NCBI GenBank assembly: GCA_977017645.1
Contig: OZ360229.1
Location: 103,850,001 to 103,914,000 of the forward strand
DNA: 64,000 nucleotides
Source of the DNA: Torpedo marmorata
Lineage: Eukaryota
Direction: 5' to 3'
Each line of letters begins with the position of its first letter. Positions within the stretch are counted from its first letter, which is position 1. Of the stretch, positions 46,281 through 59,779 are shown in pieces. The notes beneath the pieces were generated by a model. That model was given only the letters and a program-made list of their open reading frames with translations, was not told where the DNA came from and searched no databases. Made by a program: the position numbers and the translations under genes.

Positions 46281-49200
46281 TGTGGTAAACCACTATGTAT
46301 GGGTTGTGGGCTGGGTGATAGGTCTGGACATGCTCCTGCTGACTGTCCCGGTGGCTCCACCCACAGACCCCCTGAATAAAGGCCATTGTTCCACTGCTCC
46401 TCCCCCAGTCCGGGACAGATCACCAGCACGAATGTAGCTCCATTCTTTTGCCAATAAAAGCCTTTCAGTTCTTGTGTAACTTCTAGTCTTTTGGAGTTAT
46501 TGATGGGCTCATCAATTTTATTGGCAAAATTGTAAACATGGAGAATGTCTTGAGACCAGACAAACTGGACCTCGACCCACAAACACCGGAAGCTGGCAAT
46601 GCCTTCGAACTCTGGCTAGCCTGTTTTGAATCGTTCCTGGAGGAGATCAAAGTGCAAGAAGACGCCGCAAAATGCAAGGTTCTCCTCTCTAGTGTAAGCC
46701 CACGAGTCTATTCTATGATCCGAGATCTGCAGACTTATGAGGACGTGATGAATACCTTTAAAAGACAGTATTTACGGCCTGTGAATACAGTATATGCAAG
46801 AAACAGGCTAGCGACGCGGCAGCAGCAGCCCGGGGAGCCGAGCGTGGAGTTCGTACGGGCCCTACAAACACTCGTGCGGGCCTATGACTGCCGGGGACTG
46901 ACGGCCGAACAACACGCAGAGCTCCTAGTGAGAGTCGCTTTTGTTACAGGGACCAGGTCAGTGTATGTGCGCCAGCGGCTGCTGGAACAAGCTTACCTCA
47001 CCTTCCATTCCGCGATCGAGCTGGCCGATACGCTGGAGGCCGCGCTACAGAACTTGGATGCTATCCAGGCGCGCGATCTCCAGCAGGCTCCGTGGATGCC
47101 GCCGACCTCCCACTATGCCAGTGAATCAGCCACTGCAGCCATCAGAGGTGAACCCGAGAAATGCTATTTCTGCAGGCTTGAGAAGCACCCCCGGAAACAT
47201 TTCCCGGCCCGAGAAGCGACCTGCTCCAGCTGCGGGAAGAAAGGCCACTTCACTAAGGTCTGTAGATCAAAACCGCGAGCGGGATCGAGCAGCGCTGCGT
47301 GCGAGGCTTGGGGGCGGCCATCTTGTGTGTCGTCACTTCCATCTCCGCCATCTTACCTACCCGCGGCCGCGGCAAACACGTGCGAAGTATGGGGGCGGCC
47401 ATCTTGTGTTTCGTCACTTCCGTCGCCACCATCTTACCTACCCGCCGCCAAAACGTGCGAGTCATGGGAGCGGCCATTTTGTTCCACGCTATTGAGCCGA
47501 CACAGGGTGCCGCTATCCCGGGACAGCAAGCACTCCATCACGCCGTCGGATCAAGACAGCGACCCAACGTTGGCGTCAGTTACACTCGACCAGAGTGCAC
47601 CCTACCAACTCGCGAGGTCGATGATGGACATCCTGGTCGAGGGACACAGGACAAACTGCCTGTTCGACACAGGCAGCACAGAGAGCTTCATCCACCCTGA
47701 CACGGTACAGCGATGCGGCCTCATGACACAGCCGGTAAGCCAGAGGGTTGCCATGGCTTCCGGGTCGCACACAACAAACATCCGGGGGGGGTTGTGTAGC
47801 GACGATAGTGGTACTGGACACAGAATACCGGGACTTCACGCTATTGGTCATGCCCCGACTGTGCGCACCTGTACTACTGGGCCTCGACTTCCAGAGTCAC
47901 CTCCAAAGTGTGACGATGGAGTATGATGGGCCACTCCCACCGATTACTGTCGGTAATCACCAATTTCTTAAAAACGGCAGAAATATTTGGTCACACCACG
48001 CTACTTGTGGTCTATCCACCCTCAAGATCCCGCCCCCAACGCTATTCGCCAACTTGACCCCTGATTGTAAATCTGTGGCAACCAAAAGCAGGAGATATAG
48101 CGCAGGGGACAGGGCATTCATTAAGTCAGAGGTGCAGCGGTTACTTGGGGAAGGGATCATCGAGGCGAGCACAAGTCCCTGGAGGGCCCAGGTGGTTGTC
48201 GTCAAGAACTGGGAGAAAAACAGGATGATGGTAGATTATAGTCAGACCGTCAATAGGTTCACACAGCTTGACGCGTACCCTCTACCACGCATTGCAGATA
48301 TGGTGAACCAGATAGCTCAGTATAAGCTTTTCTCCACCATAGACCTCAAATCTGCCTACCACCAGCTCCCCATTCGCCGGGAGGACCGCCCCTACACCGC
48401 CTTCGAGGCGGACGGCAGACTCTATCATTTCCTGCGCGTTCCCTTCGGAGTCACAAATGGGGTATCCGTCTTCCAGAGGGAGATGGACAGGATGGTGGAC
48501 CAATGCAAATTAAAGGCCACTTTTCCATACTTAGATAACATCACCATCTGCGGTCACGACCGCCAGGACCACGATAACTATCTTCGGAAGTTCCTCCAGG
48601 CAACCAAAGCACTTAACCTCACCTATAACAAGGATAAGTGCATGTTCGGAACCACCCGACTCGCTATCCTGGGGTGTGTTGTGGAGAACGGGGTCATCGG
48701 CCCCGACCCCGACCGCATGCGCCCCCTGTTGGAACTACCGCTTCCCCACACCCTCAGAGCCCTCAAAAGGTGGTTGGGCTTCTTTTCTTATTATGCTCAA
48801 TGGGTCCCTAATTATGCGGACAAGGCACGCCCCCTAGTCAAGTCCACCACTTTTCCCCTTGCAACAGAGGCACGTGAGGCTTTCAGCCTCATAAAAGGGG
48901 ACATTGCCAGAGCAACAATGCACGCGGTGGACGAGTCCACTCCTTTTCAAGTAGAGAGTGACGAGTCCGACTTCGCACTGGCTGCTACCCTCAACCAGGC
49001 GGGAAGACTGGTGGCGTTCTTCTCCCGTACCCTTCAAGGCCCAGAAATTCGGCACTCGGCGGTGGAGAAAGAGGCCCAAGCCATAGTGGAAGCTATCAGG
49101 CACTGGAGGCACTATCTCGCTGGCAAAAGGTTTACCCTGCTGACTGACCAAGGCTCAGTCGCATTCATGTTCAGCAACCAGCAGCGGGGTAAAATCAAAA

Positions 49201-50751
49201 ATGATAAAATCCTGAGGTGGAGAATCGAACTCTCCACCTACAACTACAATATAATGTACCGGCCCGGGAAGCTCAATGAGCCCTCCGATGCTCTATCCCG
49301 GGGGATGTGCGCTAGCGCACAGATCGACCGGTTATATGCCCTCCACTGTGACCTCTGCCACCCCGGAGTCACCCGGCTTTTTCACTTTGTGAAAGCCCGT
49401 AATTTACCGTACTCCCTGGAAGAGGTCAGGACAATGACCAGCAGCTGCCAAATCTGCGCGGAGTGCAAACCGCACTTCTACCGTCCTGACAAGGCACAGT
49501 TGATAAAAGCAACCTGCCCATTTGAGCGACTAAGCGTCGAATTTAAGGGCCCCCTTCCCTCCACCGACCGCAATGTGTTCTTCCTCAACGTTATTGATGA
49601 GTACTCGCGGTTCCCTTTCGCCATTCCCTGCCCCGATACCACTACCACCTCAGTCATAAAGGCCCTCCGCAAACTCTTCACATTGTTTGGATACCCCTGC
49701 TATATCCATAGCGACCGAGGGTCCTCGTTTATGAGTGACGAGCTGCGACAATACCTGCTGGCCAAGGGTATCGCGACTAGCAGGACCACGAGCTATAACC
49801 CACGGGGTAATGTACAAGTGGAGAGGGAGAATGCCACGGTCTGGAAAGCCACACTCTTAGCCCTCAGGTCTAAGGGATAACAGTCTCCCGCTGGCAAGAA
49901 GTCCTTCCCGAGGCACTCCACTACATCCGATCCCTGCTATGTACGTCCACCAATGCTACACCTCATGAGAGACTCTTTTCCTTCCCCAGGAAGTCGACCA
50001 CCGGGACTACCCTACCAGCATGGCTGACGTTTTTCAAGGCCAGTGCTGCTCCGGAAACATGTCAGGAGCAACAAATACGCCCCGATGGTCGAGAGGGTCC
50101 AATTAGTACACGCGAACCCCCAGTACGCCTACGTGGTTTTTCGTGATGGGCGGGAAGACACAGTCTCCATCCGGGACCTGGCGCCCGCAGGAGCACTGGG
50201 ACCCGCCACTGCCCTCGAACACTCCGTAGTTACTGTTACCCCCTTACCTACCATTAAGGACACATAAGAGGCACCAACCAATTCAAACATGACACCAAAC
50301 GTACTGGCATATTCATCCGAGGTTTCGCGATCGCCAGACGTGCCGGTACCCCAGATCAGGCAGGAGGCAGCACCGCCACCTGCCCCATCACCACAAGTAC
50401 TGCGCCGATCACAGCAGCGGACTCGACCGCCTGATCGACTCGATTTGTAATTTTAATTCTTTGTAAATATTGTTATACCCTTCACCCCGCTGGACTCTTT
50501 TAAAAAGGAGGGGTGAATGTGGTAAACCACTATGTATGGGTTGTGGGCTGGGTGATAGGTCTGGACATGCCCCTGCTGACTGTCCCGGTGGCTCCTCCCA
50601 CAGACCCCCTGAATAAAGGCCATTGTGCCACTGCTCCTCCCCCAGTCCGGGACAGATCACCAGCACGAATGTAGCTCCATTCTTTTGTCAATAAAAGCCT
50701 TTCAGTTCTTGTGTAACTTCTAGTCTTTTGGAGTTATTGATGGGCTCATCA
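46281..50751 (+). mobile_element. Gypsy LTR retrotransposon C (same family as A), full length
   Basis: The 234-bp LTRs 46281-46514 and 50518-50751 have 4 mismatches. The TSD is CCTAT (46276-46280 and 50752-50756), and a PPT precedes 50518. Confidence 0.97.
46538..50450 (+). pseudogene. gag-pol: Gypsy C gag-pol with frameshifts (G8 run at 47784-47791; near 49880; near 50030) and a late stop
   Basis: ORFs 46538-47926, 47748-49880 and 50043-50267 carry LFDTGS, YLDN, HPG..CQIC, IHSDRG and PPDRLDL. Confidence 0.92.
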
Positions 50752-50932
50752 CCTATATTCCTTTTAAACTCTATGTGTTCACTTAAATATTTATTCTTCT
50801 ACTATTTAAGATCTAAGCAAAGAGTGAATTGAAAATGTGTTTTCACAGTGGGAATAGCGTCCAATAGTCTGGAAAATCTGCTAGGTTGGGACTAGCAAAT
50901 TTCCAACAATGATTAGTTGTTTTCGTAAAATC

Positions 50933-51228
50933 CTAGAATATAGATACAGGAGTAGGCCTTTCAGCCTTTTGACCCTGCACCACCATTCAATACGATTATG
51001 GCTGATCATGCAACCTCAGTAGCCTATTCCTGCTTTCTCTCCATACTCCAAGATCCCTCTAGTCTCGCCATATGGGCCAGATCCAATTCCTTTTTAAATA
51101 TATCTAACAAACTGGCCTCAACAAGTTTCTATGGTAGGAGTTCCACAAAGTTCACAACTCTCTGAGTTAAGACGTTTCGCCTTATCTAGGTTCTAAATGC
51201 CTTACCCGTCATCCTTAGACTGTGAACC
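50933..51228 (-). mobile_element. Degenerate CR1 3' end fragment
   Basis: aggagtaggcc..tcagcc..ccattcaata..attatggctgatc tail and cacaactctctgag block typical of these CR1s. Confidence 0.65.
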
Positions 51229-52694
51229 CGAAAGTAAGTTTTTAAATTAATGGTCACGATCTTTATTGCAAATTTCGAGCCCATCTTGGCCTTGCTGCAG
51301 AATGAAATTATATTGGGAGAGAACATGGTCTCAATGGCACCTTAAGCCATGCAAAGCAGGAACTCCAGATATGCCCAAGAGCTAGATGTTAATTTTTAGG
51401 TAGAAATAGGCAGAGCATTCACAGCTCCTGGTTGATCTGGTAGTGCTAGGTGAAGAGCTGCCAAACCCACAGTTCAGGCAACAACATGTAATTTTACAGA
51501 AGTTGCCTAAGTCCTCTTATCCTAAATAAATCTTCCAGCCTGCTACCCTCCCCCTTTTAAATCAATTTCTCCTTTCCTGTGAAGTTTCTAAGATTATAGC
51601 ACTGTTTAGCAGTAGTCAAGCAGATGAAAATGGTTCAAACCTCATGTCCTGGAAAACAGGAAGATAGTGCAATCACCCAGCTTGCTGATAAATAATGAAA
51701 ATTGTCCCCCAAGTTTCTCTAACATCAATCATATAAATCTCTCTAGGTTTTAAATAAAATGCCTTCAGAGCTCTCTTGATTGCGTGATGGCAAATATGCA
51801 ATGGGTGGTTGTACTGAGCAATGGGAGTCATGAGCACAGTAGTCATCTCCCTGCTGATTTAGTTGATCTCACCCTGGGATGATCATTATAAGTGGGCCAG
51901 TGAATGGAAGGTTTGCTGATCTGCCTGTTCCTTCTCACTAACTGTAACTCTGGCTCACACATCAAAGAACATTGGCTGACCACAGACAGACATACATATA
52001 ATTTCCGGGACAGCTGTTGGTAACTGGTGTATCATACTATACAGATGTGAACAGCTGTCTCAGTATCTACTGCAATCAAGAGGGATAGGGAACGAAACTG
52101 GGGTAAAGTTAATAACTATACCACAATATTCATTGATTACTGGAAGGATTTTGAGAGACAGTTAATATCTTCGTGCATGAAACAGCAAGGACATTGGCAA
52201 TATGAACCTCTTTGCTGTCTTAATACTCAGTTGATCTGTATCTACTTTTATTTGACTTTCCTCCCACTTTCTACATGAATAATTGTGTCACACGTCTTTT
52301 AAGTTTTCTTTCTGTATCCTTTCCATGATTTGTTGTTTTTATGCATAATATTTCTGGAATGCTAACAACCATATCTATAACCTCAAAACAGACTCCATTA
52401 ACATTTAAGGGGTCACTAAGTATAGAAATGTGTTTCTAATTGAATAAATGCAGCTGAACAAGAATTATGGTTCAACTTCGAAGTTCAGAACTAAATAGCT
52501 CATTTGTGTGTTTTCCCCCCCCCCCTCTGCTGCTGGAGCATTGCTTTCTCTTCACATATTGTTTCAACATTTCTTCGCTCTCTACAACCCAAACTTCAGA
52601 GAAGTTGAAAAGTATTCTGCAACATTTTCAGAAAGGACACTGCAATACCCCATATTTTCATTGCAGGCTTCTTATTTTAAAAGGGCAACACCGT

Positions 52695-52840
52695 GGCACT
52701 GCAGTAGTTGGCTGCTGCTATGCATCTCCAGTGATCTAGAGGTGATTCTGACCTCTGGTGCTGTCTGTACCGAGTTTTCATGTTCTCCCTGTGACATTAG
52801 GGGATTGCCATGGGTGCCCTGGTTTCATCCCACATCCCAA
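52695..52840 (+). mobile_element. Degenerate V-SINE/HE1-like fragment
   Basis: gctgtctgt..gagttt.catgttctccctgtg...ggtttcatcccacatcccaaa resembles the body of 63730-63978. Confidence 0.6.
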
Positions 52841-53134
52841 ATTTTTTATGGCAGATTCACATTTAATGACCAAATATTTTGAACTACAGTAAAAATCCAA
52901 TAGTCCAGCACACTCAGGACTTACAGATTTTCCAGACCATTGGATGTTATTCCAATTAATACTCAAACTCACTAATAATTTCCATTTATTTTAAGGTTTT
53001 CTGGTGAACGTTGTTGTTTAAGGGGAATTCAGGAACTGAGGCCATTGTGAGCCAGTGTTTCCAAACAGCTGGAGAGCAAATTAATGGGGCTTTACTGCAT
53101 TGTTTTGGAAATACAGAAGGAAAAGCCGATTGGT

Positions 53135-54017
53135 TAGTCCATTGCTGTTCACCCTGCTGACTCACGACTGTACAGCAAAACACAGCTCGAATAACATCAT
53201 AAAGTTTGCTGACGATACAACTGTGGTAGGCCTTATCAGTAAGAATGATGAGTCAGCATACAGAGATGAGGTGCAGTCACTAATGGAATGGTGCGGAAAC
53301 AACAACCTGCAGCTGAACGTGAACAAAACAAAAGAGTTGGTTGTCGACTTCAGAAGGGCCCGGGGGTATCATTCTCCTTTGACCATGGATGGCTCTACCA
53401 TTGAGGTCGTAAAGAGTACCAAGTTTCTTGGAGTGCACTTGGCGGAGAGTCTCAGCTGGTCCCTAAACACCAGTCAAGAAAGCCCAGCGTCTTTACTTCC
53501 TGTGAAGACTGAGGAAAGTTCATCTCCCACACCCTATCCTTACTACATTCTACAGGGGATGTATTGAGAGTATTCTGAGCAATTTCATCACCACTTGGTT
53601 TGGAAACTGTACCACCTTGGACCGAAAGACCCTGCAGAGGATAGTGAGGGCAGCGGAGAAAATTATTGGTGTCTCTCTCCCCACCATGACAGACATCTAC
53701 AACACACGATGCATGAGGAAGGCTAAAAACATTGTGAAGGACTTCTCACACCCCTTTGGTAAACTGTTTTCCGCTTTGCCATCTGGAAGGAGGTACCGAA
53801 GCACTCGGGCTCGTACGTCCAGACTGTGCAACAGTTTTTTCCCCCAAGCCATCAGGCTCCTCAATTCCTAGATATATATGTGTATTAGCATGTTATAGTT
53901 TTTTCTATTGTATTATGATATTTATGTACATCTGCCCATGGTCCTGGAGAAACGCTATCTCGTCTTACTGTGTATATGGTAATGAACGACAAATAAAGGT
54001 GACTTGACTTGACTTGA
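53135..54017 (+). mobile_element. 5'-truncated Rex1/Babar-type LINE
   Basis: [25 protein letters not shown] and LPSGRRYRS..NSFFPQAIRLLN; tail aataaaggtgacttgacttgacttga. Confidence 0.9.
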
Positions 54018-54619
54018 CATCATATGTTTTTTTCTCATATGATGAGATCTTGGCAGGTCTGTGGCCTATCTCCAGGTATCTGCATTTGCTCCTATTTCTT
54101 AGTAATTATGCAAACAAAAAATCATCAATAAATCAATTAAGATTTAAGATTAACAACTCAAACATCTTGCAGAAACTGTACCATGCTTTGGGGTCGAATT
54201 ATTTCCCAATTTAACTCCTAAATGATCAGGGACCAATTTTTGGATCATTCACCCACCTCAACAACAAAACTAGCAGATATTTTAATCTGTTATTTCTCCT
54301 TAATATTTTAAAAACTTCAATCAAATCATTATCTAGAAAATCATTTCAAGTTTGTGTAACCTACCCCAACATTAATTTGTATAATTTGTACACACAGTTC
54401 AACCCTCAGAGTATTATAGTTTAGCTCAGCCAGTACTAAAGGAGTTTAAGGTAAGAAAGATAATGACAACTAATTAGAATCACAAGTTCAAAAATTGAAG
54501 ACAAAAGTTATCACTCATGGGAAAACTGGTTTAAAGTTCTACACAGAACTACAAGGCTTTGGAATGTAGGAATGATTTTTGAAAATTTATTCATTTTACA
54601 GGATCTTATCATTTCTGTT

Positions 54620-54870
54620 AAATTTTTAAATTTAGACATACAGCACGGTAACAGGCCCTTTCGGCCCACTAGTCTGTGCCACCCAATTATACCCAATTGA
54701 CCTACAACCCCAGTACATTTTGAAGGGTGAGAGGAAACTGGAGCACCCGGAGGAAACCCACACAGACACGGGGAGAACATACAAACTCCTTACAGACAGT
54801 ACTGGATTCGAACCCCGGTCGCTGGCGCTGTAACAGTGTTATGCTAACTGCCACGCTAACCGTGCAGCCC
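54620..54870 (-). mobile_element. HE1-type tRNA-derived V-SINE
   Basis: The minus strand gives A box tagcgtggcagttagc, B box ggttcgaatcc, V-domain gagtttgtatgttctccccgtgtctg and a CR1-like tail gggccgaaagggcctgtt. Confidence 0.88.
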
Positions 54871-54872
54871 CG

Positions 54873-55705
54873 GTTAAGGCCAGCATTTATTGACCATCCC
54901 TAATTGCTCATGAGAAGGTGATGACAAGTCACCTTCTTCAACAGCAGCAGACGATCTGATGAATGTAACCACAAGAGCCATTGAGAAGTGAATGCAGGAT
55001 TTGAAGCGAGCCACAAGGAAGAAATGGCAGTGAATTTCCAAGTCAGGATGGTGCGTGTCTTGAAGGAGATTCTGCTAGTAGTGGTATTTCCGTGTTCCTG
55101 GTTCTTGACCTTCATGCTGACGAGTTTGCGGGTTTGGGGGGTGCTATGAGATACCTGGAGAATGACTGCAATTATTTTGCAGATGGTGAGGCCTGCAGCC
55201 ACTGTACAATGATGGGAGAAGGAATAAATATTTGGGGTGGTGGATAGGTAAGCAATCAAGAGAGTGGGCTTGTGCTGGATGGTGTTTAGCTTCTTGAGAG
55301 ATGTTGGAGCCCACAACCAGCCAAATGGAGAGTATTCTATCACATTCTGACTTTTGACTTTGTCGAAGATGAGTTATGTGTCCACAGGATATCCAAACTC
55401 TGCTCTGCCTTTGTAGCGGCAGAGTTTATATGGCTAGTCCAATTGAGATCCTGATCAATGGTGCTTCCCAGGATGTTGATGGTGAGGACTCAGTGCTGGA
55501 AGTAAAGTTGGAGTTCATTGCCTGGTACTTTTGGATTATGAATGTCACTTGCCCATGTCTGAATCTTGCTGAATACAAGCAAGTACTGGTTGATTTGCTG
55601 AGCAGTTGCAAATGCAATTGAACATCATGTAATCATCAATGAGCATTCCCACTTCTGACCATTTGGTAGGAGGAACGTCAGATGAAATAGCTGAAGATGA
55701 TTGAA
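54873..55705 (-). mobile_element. Old CR1-group LINE 3' fragment
   Basis: ORF 54900-55343(-) begins EYSPFGW..APTSLKKLNTIQHK..LLI, a degenerate RT C-terminal block. Confidence 0.6.
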
Positions 55706-55706
55706 C

Positions 55707-57340
55707 CATAGAATTATAGAACATTACAGCACATAAGCAGGCCCTTTGGCCTTTCTATTCTGCGCCGGACTATTATTCTCTCTTGTCCCACTGACCTGCA
55801 CCCTGACCATAGCCCTCCATACCTCTACCATTCATGTACCTGTCCAAATTCTTCTTAAATGTTAAAATTGAGCCCGCATTCACCACCTCAGCTGGCAGGT
55901 CGTCCCACTCTCCCACCACTCTCTGTCTGAAGAAGTTCCCCCTCACGTTCCCCCTAAACTTTTCCCCTTTCACTCTTAACCCATTGTCCTCTGGTTTGTA
56001 TCTCACCTACCCTCTGTGGAAAAAGCCTATCTACATTTACTCTCTCTATCCCACTTATAATTTTAAATACCTCTATCAAATCTCCCCTCATTCTTCTACG
56101 CTCCAGGGAATAAAGTCCTGACTTGTTTAACCTTTCCCTGTAACTCAGTTCCTGAAGTCCGGGCAACATCCTAGTAAATCTTCTCTGCACTCTTTCTATC
56201 TTATTGATATCTTTCCTGTAGTTAGGTGACCAAAACTGCACACAATACTCCAAATTTGGCCTCACCAATGTCTCATACAACTTTACCATAACATCCCAAC
56301 TCCTGTACTCAATACTTTGATTTATGAAAGCCAATATGCCAAAAGCTCTCTACAACTCTATCCACCTGTGATGCCACTTTTAGGGAATTATGTATCTGTA
56401 TTCCCAGATCCCTCTGTTCTAACGCACTCCTCAGTGCCCTACCATTTACCGTGTATGTCCTTTCTTGGTTTGTCCTTCCAAAATGCAACACCTCACACTT
56501 GTCTGCATTAAATTCCATCTGCCATTTTTCAGCCCATTTTTCCAGTTGGTCCAGATCCCTCTGCAAGCTTTGAAAACTTTCTTCGCTGTCCACAACACCT
56601 CACTGCTTGTTTTCCGTACTTCCCACGACTCTGTGCCTGTTTCCTGAGTGAATACTGATGAAATAAAACCATTTAAGATCTCCCCCCATCTCTTTTGGCT
56701 CCATATAAAGCCGACCACTCTGATCTTCAAGGGGACCAATTTTGTCCCTTACTATCCTTTTGCTCTTAATATACCTGTAGAAACCTTTAGGATTTTCCTT
56801 CACATTATCTGCCAAAGCAACCTAATGTCTTCTTTTTGCCTTCCTGAATTATTTCTTGAGGTTTTTCTTGCATTTTTTATACTCCTCAAGTACCTCATTT
56901 GCTCCGTGTTGCCTATACCTGTTATTCACCTTTCTCTTCTTCTGAACCAGATCCCCAATATCCCTCTAAAACCAAGGTTTCCTATGCCTGCTAACCTTGC
57001 CTTTAATCCTGACAGGAACATACAAACTCTGTACTCTCAAAATTTCACCTTTAAAGGTCCACCACTTACCTCGCACATCCTTGCCTGAAAACAACTTATC
57101 CCAATCCACGCATTCTAGATCCTATCTCATTTCCTCAAAATTAGCCTTTCTCCAATTTAGAATCTCAACCCAAGGCCCAGACCTATCCTTCTCCATAATT
57201 AACTTGAAACTAATGGCATTATGATCACTGGACCCAAAATGTTCCCCTACACATACTTCTGTCACCTGTCCTTTCTCGTTCCCTAAAAGGAGATCCAGTA
57301 TTGCATTCTCTCTAGTTGGTAGCTCTATATATTGATTTAT
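55707..57340 (-). mobile_element. CR1 LINE fragment with an internal deletion near 56599
   Basis: Homologous to 2290-5500. It jumps from the pre-RT linker to VVDSEE..LQRDLD, and the tail lies at 55707. Confidence 0.9.
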
Positions 57341-57437
57341 TGGGGAAAGAAACTTCTATTGTGAAGTCGTGGGTCTCAGATGATTGATCCTCAAAAAGTA
57401 CAATTGGCCACGAGAAACCATACACATTTCTCTAATA

Positions 57438-57756
57438 AGAAAAACACGAAAATCTGTAGACACCGTGGTTGAAGTAAAAAACACAAGTGCTGGAGAAACT
57501 CAGCAGGTCAAACAGTGTCTTTTATGAAGCAAAGGTAGAAATACATAACCGACGTTTCGGGCTTGAGCCCCTCATCAAAGTATGAGAAAATGTCGGCAGG
57601 CGTCAGAATCCCCTCACTCTTTTGTTCGGGCGCCTGCGGCATTTTATCATACTTTGATGAAGGGCTCAAGCCCGAAACGTCGGTTATGTATTTCTACCTT
57701 TGCTACATAAAAGACACTGTTTGACCTGCTGAGTTTCTCCAGCATTTGTGTTTTTT
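57438..57756. mobile_element. Penelope-type foldback element with two inverted hammerhead-like cores and a 14-bp flanking duplication
   Basis: Arms at about 57474-57608 and 57625-57758. Direct repeat acatttctctaata at 57424-57437 and 57757-57770. Confidence 0.8.
57648..57688 (+). ncRNA. Minimal type I hammerhead-ribozyme-like motif (antisense copy at 57544-57584)
   Basis: catact-TTGATGA-a-GGGC tcaa GCCC-GAAA-CGTC-ggttatg. It deviates from consensus by C3>U and one extra purine before helix II. Confidence 0.55.
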
Positions 57757-59779
57757 ACATTTCTCTAATAGTTTGTACAAAATGTAGACAATAATCCAAA
57801 ATCCTTCAGTTCTCCAACAAATTTTTGAATAACATAAATCTGTAAACATGCAATGTCAACTAAAATTTAATTGATAGCACTCTTGCCCTCTAAATAGAAC
57901 TTCATTGATAAATGCAACTCCACAGTCTTGGCATTTAGACTTGTGCAATATTGGGGCATATCTTCTTTCCTGTTTTAAAAGTACCAATGGAACCAACTTG
58001 AAATACATGAAAATTATTCTTAATATTCTACCCCTTAACCAGCAGCACCAAAAGCAAAACTGAAACACTACAGACGTGGGAAGTCTGAAACAAGTCAGGG
58101 AGAGGCTTTCCATAAAAGTCATTTATCTTTAATGTGAACCATTACTAACTCCATATTGGCTATTTCATCATGTTCTGTCTTTCTCACTTACAATCAATTT
58201 GCATGATTATTATTGCCTGTGAGAGCTTATTTTCACAAAATGACGTCCATAATTGTACCCTTGATTATACACTTCAGAAATACTTCATTGGCTCTCAAGA
58301 CATCCAAAAAGGAATATCAAAGGCACCGTATAAATGAATGTAATCTTTTTCTCTTTCTCTTACTTAAGTCTCCAACTTTTACCTATCCAGGTATCAATGC
58401 CAGGCATCAAAATATCTCTCACCCAGGTTGCAAGTTTTATGGGTAAATGCAGAACCTGTGACTCCACAAATGGCAAGATTCCCTGAGTGGAGATCATTTG
58501 ACTTCTGAGGAACAGCATGAAAAGGTTGGTATTGATTCAACTGATATATAAATTTTTACTGGTTTTCAAATCCTTTGACTTCGATCAAAATCAGAGAAAT
58601 ATGTCATTTCTCAGAGTAACCCAAAGTGATTCTCAAACCAATACATTTCTTTATACCTTTGGTTATCATCATTATGTAGTAAAACTTAGGAAATAAGTTT
58701 GCATTCAACAGGCCTACACAAACAAAAAAATCATGGAATTTTACAGCACAAAAACAGGCCCCTCCTACGTATGTATGCTTTTCTGAACTGTGATTCCCAG
58801 ATTAGTACATCCCCATCAGCTCAGGCTTAACCAGTGATTTATGAAATTTTAGCATAGTCTCTTTGCTTTTATATCTTATTCACCTTTTGAGAAATGCAAG
58901 TAATCTATATTCTAGTTGAACAATTAATGCAGTAGTGGTGGAAAAATTATGAGTCAAAAATGGTTTCAACATTCCATAAGAAGATTCGCTGTGCAACTTC
59001 TATATGACTTTAGAAACAACATCCAACATCAAAGAACTAGTGAAGCCATTATCCATCCTCTGGCCTCAGATCAGTGGAAATTTCAAGTGCTGAGTTTTCC
59101 CTTTGTCACCTGATTTCTAGTAGATATAATATAGAAATAAAAAGTTGCTTTGGGTTTTCACTGGCTATACGAAAAACATTTGAACTTCATCTATTTGTTG
59201 ACTCAATTAAGTTTTCAGTGGACAACTTTAAAATCAGAATGTAGCTTCATGTGCATCAGACTCCCCCAATGCTGTCTACATTTCACATATCCTGATTTTA
59301 TTACTTTTATCTCCCAGTATACTGTGTACCAAATGGAAATAGCCACAATATTGGTTTGTGGTAAAATACATCAAGGGTACTTTTGGTTTATTGCCACTGA
59401 CATAGCCAAAGTGATTTGCTGAGGTACATTAATGCTTTAAAGTATACTTTTGGTAAAGGGTTTGCTGCTGTAAGGTGGCAAGCTAATTTATACATTTTTA
59501 ACTTGTTGATCATTGCATCCCAAGTCCCACCTCTAAACCTGTCTCACAAAAAGGTGATAAATCTGATAAAATAATGAATTGAAAAAATAAAGGAATACAT
59601 AAACAAAAACATTTAATTTTTGGATGAGGCCGACATTGGCAATGTTAACATTTATTGCCCAGCCTCAGTTGTCCTGAGTGACTTGTTTGACTATTTCACA
59701 GGAAAGCTCACCATCAAAATCGTTGGTGTGATACTGATGTCTCATGTCCACGAGATCAAGCAAGCACAATTCATTTATA

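Noticed and set aside
47784-47791. Programmed gag-pol frameshift in Gypsy C
   Set aside because: Sister A has 7 G and B is in frame here, so the G8 run is a homopolymer slip or sequencing error.
52885-53098. Possible Tigger-like MITE (tacagtaaa...tttactg)
   Set aside because: The terminal match is too short and degenerate, and no TA duplication is present on the right.
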